Positions 36,767-46,305 of a stretch of DNA of 64,000 bases are shown here, one piece after another (position 1 is the stretch's first letter; each line of letters begins with the position of its first letter). Origin of the DNA: a virus; IMG/VR virus record IMGVR_UViG_3300032224_001676, positions 1 to 64,000 of that record; one strand, given 5' to 3'. The position numbers were made by a program, and so were the translations under genes. The notes under the pieces are model-generated. The model did not search any database and was not told the origin of the DNA. It worked only from the letters and a program-made list of their open reading frames with translations.

Positions 36767-38382
36767 TAAAACATTCCTCCCATGTTAGCCATGTTATTGT
36801 CTTGTTTGTTATCTTCAGGCTTATCTACAATAGTACATTCTGTCAATAAAATTGTTCCTGCTACTGACGCTGCGTTTTCAATTGCTGTGCGAGTAACTTT
36901 AGTTGGATCAATAATACCTGCTTCTTTCATGTCAACAAATGCCTCTGTTTTAAGATTATATCCTTTCCAATTATCCATTCCATCTAACTTATTAATCAGA
37001 TAATAAGCTTCTTGTTCTGTAAGACCAGCGTTAGTAAGAATTTTCATAAATGGAGCGCTACATGCTTTATATACAATTCTACCCCCTACTGATTCGCGGT
37101 TTGAGATTGCTTCACGAGCATATAATAATGCTGCTCCGCCACCTGGTACAATACCTTCTTCAATTGCAGCTTTAGTAGCTTGAAGTGCATCGTCAACACG
37201 ATCTTTCTTTTCTTTAACTTCAGTTTCAGTATTTCCACCTACATGAACAATTGCTACTCCTCCGATAAATTTCGCGAGTCTTTCTTGTAGTTTTTCTTGT
37301 TCGAAAGGTGTTTTTGTTTTTTCGATTTGGAGCTGTAACTCTTCAATACGTGTTTGTATTCGTTCAGATTCTCCTCTTCCGTCAACAATGGTTGTTTCAT
37401 CTTTTGTTATCGTTATTACTCTGGCTTCGCCAAACCAATCCCAGTTAAATTTATCAAGTTTCATACCTTTTTCAGTACTAAATACTTGACCACCAGTTAG
37501 AATGGCAATGTCTTCTAAAATTAATTTCCTACGATCTCCAAAGTCAGGTGCTTTAACTGCGCATACTTTAATTGTACCTCTCATTTTGTTTACAATTAAT
37601 GTAGCTAACGCTTCACCTTCAAGATCTTCAGCGATTATAAACAATGGTCTGTTTTGAGCAGATACACCTTCTAAAATCGGTAATAAATCTTTAACTTGAG
37701 TTAATCGCTTATCAGCAATAAGTATCATAGGATTTTCTAAAACACAACTCATTGAGTTATTATCTGTTACAAAGTAATGAGATTTGTAACCACGATCAAA
37801 TTGCATTCCTTCTACTGTTTCAAGATAAGTTTCGCCTGATTTAGATTCTTCAATATGAACTACACCTTCTCTTCCTACTTTACTCATAGCAGTAGCTATC
37901 AATTTTCCTACTTCAGGGTCATTATTTGCTGAAATAGTTGCTACTTGTTCAAGTTGTTCTTCAGAGCTAATATCTTGAGATATGTTTCTGCGTAGTTCAT
38001 TAACTACTTCTTTAACTGCAGCATCTATATTACGTTTAATTTCTACTGCGTTTACTCCGTTACTTAAATGTGTTAAACCTTCTTTAACCATTTCTTGAGC
38101 TAACAAAGTAGATGTTGTTGTTCCATCTCCTGCATTATCAGCTGTTTTAATAGCTGCTTGCTTAACCATTTGAACACCTAATTCTTCAATTGGGTCTTCA
38201 AGTTCAATACTTTTTGCTACAGTAACTCCATCTTTTGTAGATGCTGGGTAGTCTCCAGGTTTAGAAATTACTACGTTACGACCATTAGGGCCTAATGTTG
38301 ATGTAACTGCGTTTGCTAATTTGTCAATCCCGTTAACTAATTTTTTTCTTGCTTCGGGTCCGAATTCAATAATTTTACTCAT
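36766..38382 (-). CDS. groEL: chaperonin GroEL
   Basis: TLGPNGRNV, TKDGVTVAK, GDGTTT, FDRGY, GIVPGGG, IIDPTKV, GGM tail. Confidence 0.98.
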   Translation of the reverse strand: MSKIIEFGPEARKKLVNGIDKLANAVTSTLGPNGRNVVISKPGDYPASTKDGVTVAKSIELEDPIEELGVQMVKQAAIKTADNAGDGTTTSTLLAQEMVKEGLTHLSNGVNAVEIKRNIDAAVKEVVNELRRNISQDISSEEQLEQVATISANNDPEVGKLIATAMSKVGREGVVHIEESKSGETYLETVEGMQFDRGYKSHYFVTDNNSMSCVLENPMILIADKRLTQVKDLLPILEGVSAQNRPLFIIAEDLEGEALATLIVNKMRGTIKVCAVKAPDFGDRRKLILEDIAILTGGQVFSTEKGMKLDKFNWDWFGEARVITITKDETTIVDGRGESERIQTRIEELQLQIEKTKTPFEQEKLQERLAKFIGGVAIVHVGGNTETEVKEKKDRVDDALQATKAAIEEGIVPGGGAALLYAREAISNRESVGGRIVYKACSAPFMKILTNAGLTEQEAYYLINKLDGMDNWKGYNLKTEAFVDMKEAGIIDPTKVTRTAIENAASVAGTILLTECTIVDKPEDNKQDNNMANMGGMF

Positions 38383-38387
38383 AATTT

Positions 38388-38681
38388 TTAATCTTCAATA
38401 ATTGCTAAAATTTGGTTTTCTGGTATTGTATAATATTCTTCTCCTTCAAAATCGATTTTTGAAGGGCCTGCTAGTGGTAAGATAACTTTTTGTCCTACTT
38501 TTAATATTGTAGGCACAAATGTTCCTGTTACTGAATAATATCCTTCGCCAATTGATACGATTGTTCCTTTTAGTACCTTTTCTTTTCCTAGGTCTGGTAC
38601 TACAATAGACCCATACATTGATTCTTCCTCTTCTTGAGGTTTAACGATCACTGCGTTGAACGTTGCTGTTAATTTACTCAT
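38388..38681 (-). CDS. groES: co-chaperonin GroES
   Basis: GSIVVPD..KEK..GTIVSIGEG..LKVGQKV..ILAII; adjacent to groEL. Confidence 0.9.
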   Translation of the reverse strand: MSKLTATFNAVIVKPQEEEESMYGSIVVPDLGKEKVLKGTIVSIGEGYYSVTGTFVPTILKVGQKVILPLAGPSKIDFEGEEYYTIPENQILAIIED

Positions 38682-38983
38682 ATTGTAATTGATAGTTTTT
38701 GATTAAATTCTTCTTGAATATCAGTCCATTCTTTTATATACTCTTGAAGTGAGTTAAAATCTTTTTTCTTATGGACTTTCATTTGAGCTACACTTTTTAG
38801 CGCTGCATCTAGTTTACCGAAGTGACCCCATGATTTAACATATGTTTTATTAGGTGACTCGGATGATGTTACGTTTTCATAAACGGTGTAACAATAATGA
38901 TCTTTACCTATAAAATAAGGTTCTAGAACTTCATCTCTAATTGTACTTGTGCCAGATTGGGCTTCTTGTTTTTCTTGACTCAT
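38678..38983 (-). CDS. hypothetical protein
   Basis: ORF track. Confidence 0.7.
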   Translation of the reverse strand: MSQEKQEAQSGTSTIRDEVLEPYFIGKDHYCYTVYENVTSSESPNKTYVKSWGHFGKLDAALKSVAQMKVHKKKDFNSLQEYIKEWTDIQEEFNQKLSITI

Positions 38984-39061
38984 AACTTGTTTTTATGTAA
39001 ATATAATAATCTATTTTATTATATCCAAATTTAAATGTAACTTTATTATAAATATATAATA

Positions 39062-39787
39062 TTATTGTTCCTTAGCAACTACATAATACTTACTTTGTAA
39101 TTCCTTATGATTAAATTCAAGTTTCATTAAACCATTTGAATTAATATATAATTTTCCATTCTCAGCATTTTTATTACTAACTAATATTTCTTTCAATAGA
39201 TCAGAACTATAAGTCAATTCAAATGTATTAGAGTCTATAATATTAGGATTTGAAATAGAATATGTAACTTTATTAGCATACTCAACATCACCACCAAATG
39301 TAAATTCTAAACCATTAAGACCAGGTTTAATAACTACATTTTCACTATTAGGTAAAGCATTTTTAGCTTTAATAAGAGCAGTCACTACTTCTTCATCTAA
39401 AATAGCATCAATATTATACTCTTCAGGTCCGTTGTATTCGCCTGGTTTAGCGATTGTAAGTAAATCTGCTAAAGCATAATTTAAATTAAATTGTTGGTCA
39501 GCTATTAATAGTTTAGATATTACTTTACCTTCTTTAGCATAATCTAACATTAGATCACCACTTGTAATTGATAATAATTTATCTAATTGAGTAGTGTTAT
39601 TAATGCCTATTTCAGATTCAGGCAACGGAAACCCGTTATATACCACCTTTCCTATCATTTCACGCGTGGGCGCCATAAAATCAATAGTAAGTGTTTTATT
39701 ATTGTTTATACGCCATTTAACGTTTTCTATTAGTCCTTTTAAATGGTATTTTTCAATAACTGATTGGAGTTGAAATTTTGATATCAT
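39062..39787 (-). CDS. putative DNA sliding clamp
   Basis: About 240 aa, beta-rich, ends GLMKLEF...SKYYVV as gp45/PCNA-like clamps do; between polB and the clamp loader. Confidence 0.65.
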   Translation of the reverse strand: MISKFQLQSVIEKYHLKGLIENVKWRINNNKTLTIDFMAPTREMIGKVVYNGFPLPESEIGINNTTQLDKLLSITSGDLMLDYAKEGKVISKLLIADQQFNLNYALADLLTIAKPGEYNGPEEYNIDAILDEEVVTALIKAKNALPNSENVVIKPGLNGLEFTFGGDVEYANKVTYSISNPNIIDSNTFELTYSSDLLKEILVSNKNAENGKLYINSNGLMKLEFNHKELQSKYYVVAKEQ

Positions 39788-39842
39788 AACTATGAATTTA
39801 ATAAAACTTTTATTTTAGGCCAAATTTAATGTTTATTTTAGG

Positions 39843-40364
39843 TTAATAACTTTTAACCATATTAATAGGTATTTTTTTCATATTAGCTTTATCTAATATT
39901 TCTTGATAAAGATGCTTATTGTCCTTCCAATCCTCTGTTTTATCATTGATGTCTATTCTTAAAATATAATCTGTTGATAAGTATCCTGGCGTATCAGAGT
40001 ATATTCTTTCTTCAAATAGGTTATGCCCTTTAGATTTAGTATATCTATCGCCTTTTATTCCTTTTAAATTCCATATATTATCTGGGTTTACTGGTGCTAT
40101 TTTGTATTTTTGAGATATTTTATTACCATCTAATACTATTCGGCTGGCTCTTCTAGTGAAATTATAAATATCATTCCCTGAAAAATCACTACTTCTTGTG
40201 GTTGATATTGAGTATTCTTTTAAGTGATCATTTATATTATCTTTTTGGAATTGTAAACCATTATCTAGTATGTTAGACATATGTCTTAAAGGAGCAAAAT
40301 GATATAAATTACCTATTTGTTTGCTTTCAGTAATTTCTTTTAATAGATCTGTTAGTTTAATCAT
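39843..40364 (-). CDS. ADP-ribosyltransferase-fold candidate with MIKLTDLLKE leader
   Basis: LYHF...ILDNGL, SISTTR, RIVLD, FEERI. Confidence 0.5.
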   Translation of the reverse strand: MIKLTDLLKEITESKQIGNLYHFAPLRHMSNILDNGLQFQKDNINDHLKEYSISTTRSSDFSGNDIYNFTRRASRIVLDGNKISQKYKIAPVNPDNIWNLKGIKGDRYTKSKGHNLFEERIYSDTPGYLSTDYILRIDINDKTEDWKDNKHLYQEILDKANMKKIPINMVKSY

Positions 40365-40378
40365 AAACATAAATATTA

Positions 40379-41269
40379 TCAGAAATTAAAGAACTTAGTT
40401 ACATTAGCGTTTAATGGTGGAAAATCCCATTTTAAATCTTTATAGAGTTCCTTTAATTTGTTTAGTAGTAGTGATTCAAAAATCTCATCTACATCAATAT
40501 ATGTTTTAACAAACTTTTCTATTTCGTCTGGTACTTTAGCGTTTGGTAATCCTATTGTTTCTAACTTATACATGTTTGGTTTTAAGTTAATAATGAAGAT
40601 TTTATCACCTTCTACTATTGATTCATATTGTTTATCTAAACGTTTGAATTTTAATAGATCATTATAACGAACTGCTGCTTTAGTATTACTAGGTGCTTTT
40701 AATTTAAATGAACTAAACATTTCACCTGCTCGAGCTGGGATTTTATATGATGAAATTTGTTTTACTCCTGTTGGTTTACCTAATTCTTTAGGATCTAATG
40801 TCTTAACTAATTTATAGAAATCAATAATAGTTTTATCTATTTCTGTTTTGGTTTTACCAAACAAGATATCTTTAATTAGTTGTTCGCCAAATCCTTTAAA
40901 TCGTTTATTCATATTGGACTTCATTAACTCAAGTCCTTTCATATCTAACTCATCAACAGCAACACCTTCCTTATTAGTAATATACATTGCGTATCTTCTC
41001 TTACCTGTAACTAAAATACCTTTAGCGATTACTTCTTGTTTTAATTGGAAATAATGTTTTTTAGGATTAATGTTAAATGATTCTTTAACAATAGTATTTA
41101 AATTATTATTTGACTCAGTTTGGATCTGGTCTGTTATTTTTAAAATAATTTCATTTTTATTAGTATCATTGATTTCAATACCCTGGGATTGCATGTGTTC
41201 TAGAATATTTCCTAGACATATATATAAACTATCTGTGTCTGAGATTATTATGTTTTCTTTATTTCCCAT
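40379..41269 (-). CDS. polB: family B DNA polymerase, C-terminal fragment (motif C, thumb)
   Basis: SDTDSLY, KQE, KRRYA, KGLE. Confidence 0.9.
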   Translation of the reverse strand: MGNKENIIISDTDSLYICLGNILEHMQSQGIEINDTNKNEIILKITDQIQTESNNNLNTIVKESFNINPKKHYFQLKQEVIAKGILVTGKRRYAMYITNKEGVAVDELDMKGLELMKSNMNKRFKGFGEQLIKDILFGKTKTEIDKTIIDFYKLVKTLDPKELGKPTGVKQISSYKIPARAGEMFSSFKLKAPSNTKAAVRYNDLLKFKRLDKQYESIVEGDKIFIINLKPNMYKLETIGLPNAKVPDEIEKFVKTYIDVDEIFESLLLNKLKELYKDLKWDFPPLNANVTKFFNF

Positions 41270-41897
41270 AGCTCCATTTATAACCGTTTGTTTGTGAAAA
41301 TATTCCTCTACATACTTTAGATATGGTGGATGAATTACTATTTGTTTTAGCAGCTGCTTCTAATGTGTTAGGATATTTTGCTATAAAATTTCCTTGCAAA
41401 TCATATTGTATTACAATTTTTGCTTTTTTAGATGGTTTTCCTTTATTTGCTTGACTTATCTTTTTACCAAACCCCTTAGGTTTAGGGACACCTAATCTAA
41501 CTTCTCTCATCATATCTCCAAATCCTTTAGGTTTAGGTCTTCCTTTAAGAGCATCACTTTTTCGTTTTCTTGTTTCTTTTGATTGTTTTTTACCTAACAT
41601 TGGTTTTTTATCTTTTCTCCAGTTCTTATATTTTGCTATAGATTCTTTAGTATGAAATGATGGACCTCCTCCCCCGGTATTGCAATTTTCTAAATTAAAT
41701 CCCCAACTTTTAAATAAATGAATATACATTGTTTCAATTGTTTTTTTATCTTCTTCTAAACATTCATCTATTTTAATCATTTCAACTTCATTTCCTTTTT
41801 TACGTCTATGATCATTTAAACGATTTTTTAAATGTTTAGTATATCCGATATAAAACGGAACATCATCTCCTCTATGTAAATAATATATTTTAATCAT
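41259..41897 (-). mobile_element. GIY-YIG-type homing endonuclease with NUMOD repeats, inside polB
   Basis: KIYYL...FYIGYT...R...E...N; QSKETRKRKS; VIQYDLQGNFI...VCRG...GYKWSY. Confidence 0.85.
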
Positions 41898-41918
41898 AAT
41901 ATCTATTTATTATAAATA

Positions 41919-43676
41919 TTACGAGTGTGGGGCAAGGTTAAACTTTTTTATTAATTCTTCTTTATTCATTTGTAAATATTTATTATTAATTTGATCATTT
42001 ACAAACTCAATTGTCTTTTTGGTTAAAGATTGACCACTGTTAGTAATAGCAGCGCTACAAATTAAATGCCCGTCTGTGTATCTCCATCCGTTTTTAGCAA
42101 ATGTACCATACATAGCGTTTTGTAAGATCTTAAAGGCGTGTTGGAACAAATCATATAATTTATAGTTGACCCAGTCTTCAGATTTACCAGCTGTTTTCTT
42201 TAAACCTCTATAATGTTCTCGTTTTCCAAACCAACCTTCTAAAATCTTAGCAACTACACTTTGTTCATCAGTTCTAAACATAGCACCTGAAGCTGATAAT
42301 GTAAAGTCATTTTCTTCAATCATTTGAATCAATTTATTAATTGATATTTGAGCTGATTGGAGTGTGTAGTTCTTTTTATTTAGTTTTTCAACTGTTACTA
42401 TTTCATTAGGGTCTCGTTCTTTAAGTTTTTCTAAACTATGATTTTGTTCATAAGTAGGATTATGAGTAACAATTCTACCTACTAATGTTTCAATTCCTAA
42501 ATTAAGTGATTTAATAATGGAAGGATATAGTGATGTGAAGTCTAAATCAATTACATCAAAATACAGTCCTGGTATTGGTTCTAATAAATAACCACCAGCG
42601 TAAGTTGAATTAACTGCTTTTCGTGATGGGTTATGAGTTGTTGGTTTATTAGGTGAAATAATACCTTCACGTTTAAGATGCTTTAATATAGCACCTTCAT
42701 TCATTACAGTATTATAATAAATTGATTCATAAGGTATATTACAAATATGAGATATCATAATTGTTAATTCAATAAACTTAAGTTTTTCTTCTAGTTTTTC
42801 TAGAATCTCAACGTCTCGTAAGTTGTAATCAATAAATTTATTTAAATCATCTCTAAATAATGTATTTAAATTACCTTCATATTCAATTTTACCTAAACCA
42901 ACATACTTAGTTCCAATGTCTCCTAATTTATATGATGGTTCTTCTTTCATAATGTACTTTTTATGAAGTAACATATAATCTAGATGATTAACCCCACCTA
43001 TTTTAATTTGATTTTCACCATTAAAATCACGTGCCTCAACTTTACCTATTGGAGATAAACGTTCTACCTCGTCTATACCAACAATTTGTAACATTCTGTA
43101 GTATAAGTATGGTAAGTCAAAGTAAGCTGAGTTATAACCAACTAATATAGTAGGATCTAATTCTTCGTATTTAGATAAAAATTTACCTATTAATTCTCGT
43201 TCTGAACCACAAGGTATAATAATTTTATCATCTTGGTTTGTTTTTGGGATTTGCTTTGATTTATCAACTATAAAACATATTTTTTGTTTAGTTGTTATAT
43301 CTATTAAAGCAATAGAAGTAAGGGGCATAGGAGCAGATTTAACATACTCAGGTGTTAATGCACCTCCCATCTCAATTTCAATATCTATATAAACAATATT
43401 ATGCCAAGATGGTACTACATCTTCTTCTTTGTAATATAACTCTCGTAAAGCATATAATGATTTATCAATATCTTTTTCTAATAAATCACGATCATCTTTA
43501 TTGAATTTTTTAGTTGGTATAGCCCACCCACCAGTTAGAACAGGGCGAGCATTTTCTTGCCATTCAGGAACACGTTTCCAAAATGTAGGTTGGAGTTGAA
43601 AATCCATCCAACCTTGTTTATCATCTCGTAAATGATAAGTATAATTTTTATGGTCGTAGTAAATAGCTTGATACAT
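41919..43676 (-). CDS. polB: family B DNA polymerase, N-terminal fragment (3'-5' exonuclease, motifs A and B)
   Basis: IDIE, GYNSAYFDLPY, YNLRDV, DFTSLYPS, KILQNAMYG. Confidence 0.93.
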   Translation of the reverse strand: MYQAIYYDHKNYTYHLRDDKQGWMDFQLQPTFWKRVPEWQENARPVLTGGWAIPTKKFNKDDRDLLEKDIDKSLYALRELYYKEEDVVPSWHNIVYIDIEIEMGGALTPEYVKSAPMPLTSIALIDITTKQKICFIVDKSKQIPKTNQDDKIIIPCGSERELIGKFLSKYEELDPTILVGYNSAYFDLPYLYYRMLQIVGIDEVERLSPIGKVEARDFNGENQIKIGGVNHLDYMLLHKKYIMKEEPSYKLGDIGTKYVGLGKIEYEGNLNTLFRDDLNKFIDYNLRDVEILEKLEEKLKFIELTIMISHICNIPYESIYYNTVMNEGAILKHLKREGIISPNKPTTHNPSRKAVNSTYAGGYLLEPIPGLYFDVIDLDFTSLYPSIIKSLNLGIETLVGRIVTHNPTYEQNHSLEKLKERDPNEIVTVEKLNKKNYTLQSAQISINKLIQMIEENDFTLSASGAMFRTDEQSVVAKILEGWFGKREHYRGLKKTAGKSEDWVNYKLYDLFQHAFKILQNAMYGTFAKNGWRYTDGHLICSAAITNSGQSLTKKTIEFVNDQINNKYLQMNKEELIKKFNLAPHS

Positions 43677-43682
43677 ATGCTG

Positions 43683-43717
43683 TAAAGATAATAAAAAAGG
43701 CTTGGTTTCCCAAGCCT
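43683..43717 (-). terminator. terminator hairpin overlapping the class A promoter of polB
   Basis: AGGCTTGG-GAAA-CCAAGCCT-TTTTT-AT-TATCTTTA. Confidence 0.75.
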
Positions 43718-43742
43718 AATTTAAAAACATATCACTTATATA

Positions 43743-45647
43743 TTAAGCAAATGAAGATGATTTCCAAGTTGAACCATTCCAAGCGTATAATCTAACTGTT
43801 CCTGCGTTGTTATAAAATACTAATTCTCCATCTGTTCCAGTCCATGTAGGAGCGGCTCCGTATTTTTTTAATATTATTGAACCAGACATAGTAACTTTAA
43901 ATCCATCGTCTCTTGCTCCTCCCGCTCCAGATCCTATACCTACAATAAATGGATTAGTGATATCACTATGATTATTATATTGTCCTACTACAGTCTGATA
44001 TGATCCTGATGCTATTGTATTGTTTCCAGCTACAAATGAGTAGCTTCCTGAAGCATCTGTGCCGAGTCCTATAGCTAAAGAATAATCGCCTTCGGCTTGT
44101 GTGGCGCTTCCCATAGTATGAGAATAGTTACCTATTGAGGTTGTTAATTTACCTTCAGCATGAGAACCATAACCTATAGCTTTAGATCCTGATCCTTCAG
44201 CATGTGAATTAACTCCTACAGATGTTGTGTTTATTCCTTCAGTATGAGAATAATTACCTACTGCTGTTGTTTTTTGTCCCTCAGCGTGTGATGCTATTCC
44301 TATTGTAACTGAGCCTGACCCTTCAGTGTGTGATGCTAGACCTGATGCTGTTGTTCCAAATCCTTCAGTATGAGAATAATCATTTGCAGCTATTGATAAA
44401 TAACCTTCAGAGTGTGATCTATTTCCTTTAGATGTAGTGTAATAACCTTCAGCATGAGAGCTAGCACCAATAGAAGTTGAGTATTCTCCTTCAGCATGAG
44501 ATTCTTGACCAACAGCTACTGTGAATGCGCCTTCAGAATGTGAAGCATCTCCTACAGTTGTAGTTATGTATCCTTCAGCATGTGAACCAAAGTTACCTAA
44601 TGCTTTTGAACTATAGCCCTCAGCATGTGAATATGTACCTACAGAAGTTGAGGAATTTCCTTCAGCATGAGATGCTACTCCTACAGTAACTGTTGAGTAT
44701 CCTTCGGCGTGTGATGAAGAACCTGAAGCGATTGTTAAATTACCTTCGGCGTGTGAATAAGAACCTGAGGTAATAGTTGTATTTCCTTCAGCATGTGATG
44801 CAACTCCAGTAGTTGTAGTTATGTATCCTTCAGTATGTGAGGCCAATCCAATTGATGTAGTTTGAGTTCCTTCAGCGTGTGAGTAAAGTCCTTTTGTAAC
44901 AGTGTAAAAACCTTCAGCATGTGATGCTTCTGCCCCAAGTGATGTTATAGAACCTGATCCTTCGGCGTGTGATGATATTCCAACTGTTGTGGTTTTTTCT
45001 CCCTCAGCATGTGAATAATATAATATAGTTGTTGTTTGGTACCCCTCAGCATGAGTAGCAGTACTATTAGCTAAAGTACCATTTCCTTCAGCATGGCTCG
45101 CAAATGCTCCAAAATTAACTATAGTATTTAATCCTTCCGCATGAGAGTAATCACCAGCAGCATAAGAATTATATCCTTCAGCATGTGAAGATGTTCCATA
45201 AGAAACTGTTAAATATCCTTCAGCATGAGAATATCGCCCAGTAGCCGTGCTGCTTAATCCTTCAGTATGAGAACCTGTTCCAACAGCTGTAGTAGTGTAT
45301 CCTTCAGCGTGTGAGGCACTTCCTATGGTTATAGTTGATTTACCTTCGGTGTGTGAGTAAATACCTACAGTAGTAGTAAGATACCCTTCAGCATGAGATG
45401 ATGATCCTATAGTTGTAGAACAGTTACCTTCAGCGTGTGAGTAAAGACCTATTGCTAAATTACAACTTGCTCCATTTGTTAATGAACCAGTTATATATTG
45501 AGACCCACTAAAATGATTAGATCCTGTAATTGCAAATGATCCTGTAGCTGAGTTAGGGCAAAAACTAGATGTAATAAATGTAAAATTATTATCTAATTGT
45601 TGGTAGGTTAAAGCTGAACCTTGGGCTAATCTAAGTATTAAAGACAT
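43743..45647 (-). CDS. tail fibre/adhesin with about 31 14-aa SH[A/T]EG repeats (YadA-head-like beta-roll)
   Basis: 14-residue periodicity; N-terminus shared with 47707..50154; PFIVGIGSG cap. Confidence 0.75.
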   Translation of the reverse strand: MSLILRLAQGSALTYQQLDNNFTFITSSFCPNSATGSFAITGSNHFSGSQYITGSLTNGASCNLAIGLYSHAEGNCSTTIGSSSHAEGYLTTTVGIYSHTEGKSTITIGSASHAEGYTTTAVGTGSHTEGLSSTATGRYSHAEGYLTVSYGTSSHAEGYNSYAAGDYSHAEGLNTIVNFGAFASHAEGNGTLANSTATHAEGYQTTTILYYSHAEGEKTTTVGISSHAEGSGSITSLGAEASHAEGFYTVTKGLYSHAEGTQTTSIGLASHTEGYITTTTGVASHAEGNTTITSGSYSHAEGNLTIASGSSSHAEGYSTVTVGVASHAEGNSSTSVGTYSHAEGYSSKALGNFGSHAEGYITTTVGDASHSEGAFTVAVGQESHAEGEYSTSIGASSHAEGYYTTSKGNRSHSEGYLSIAANDYSHTEGFGTTASGLASHTEGSGSVTIGIASHAEGQKTTAVGNYSHTEGINTTSVGVNSHAEGSGSKAIGYGSHAEGKLTTSIGNYSHTMGSATQAEGDYSLAIGLGTDASGSYSFVAGNNTIASGSYQTVVGQYNNHSDITNPFIVGIGSGAGGARDDGFKVTMSGSIILKKYGAAPTWTGTDGELVFYNNAGTVRLYAWNGSTWKSSSFA

Positions 45648-45670
45648 ATATGTGTTTTGTTATAAATATT

Positions 45671-45697
45671 AAAAGGGCTAGAATAATCCAGCCCTTT
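45671..45697. terminator. hairpin terminator
   Basis: AAAGGGCT...AGCCCTTT inverted repeat. Confidence 0.6.
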
Positions 45698-45719
45698 AAT
45701 TTAACGTATGTTAGTTTGA

Positions 45720-45917
45720 TTAAGGTTGTTCCATTGTCACATACCCACTAGCTACATAATAGTTTTTAACGTATTTAGTTAATCCAGGAGTAGATGGATA
45801 TTTGTTACTTGTTCCACTTCCTCCTATTTTAGGTACTTGATAGTAAGTAGGATTGTTCTTAACAAACCTTGGAGGAGTAATGTTAATAGGTGGTTGTTTG
45901 GTTGTTGCCTTAATCAT
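45720..45917 (-). CDS. small protein in the fibre module
   Basis: ORF track. Confidence 0.6.
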   Translation of the reverse strand: MIKATTKQPPINITPPRFVKNNPTYYQVPKIGGSGTSNKYPSTPGLTKYVKNYYVASGYVTMEQP

Positions 45918-45922
45918 AATTT

Positions 45923-46285
45923 TTAATATGTTATATTAACACTAATTTGAAGATCATTACCTGACAACATACCATCAGCTGGAGTGTATGTACTATTATT
46001 TGGTAAATATGTTTTTAAATATAATGATGATGAATCTGATCCTGAAAGGTACATACTGATACTTGAAGTAGAACCTACAATTAAAGCTGGAATTAAAGTC
46101 CCATCAACACTACCTGAAAATGGAACAAAATAATTTCCACTTCCTCTAGTGAATTTATAAGATCCTACACCTAATCTAGCCCATGAGCCTGATGTTAACG
46201 CACTACCTTTACTTCCATCAGTAGCCGCAGGTGCTGTGGTACCAGTTTGAGAAATAGAAGCGCTATATAATAATATGGTTGCCAT
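45923..46285 (-). CDS. putative virion structural protein
   Basis: Ser/Gly/Thr-rich, beta-type composition. Confidence 0.6.
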   Translation of the reverse strand: MATILLYSASISQTGTTAPAATDGSKGSALTSGSWARLGVGSYKFTRGSGNYFVPFSGSVDGTLIPALIVGSTSSISMYLSGSDSSSLYLKTYLPNNSTYTPADGMLSGNDLQISVNITY

Positions 46286-46305
46286 AATGCTTTGTTATTT
46301 TATTT

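Noticed and set aside
41259-41918. Group I intron or intein in polB
   Set aside because: Only 21 nt of non-coding sequence on one side and an overlap on the other; a stop codon and frame change exclude an intein
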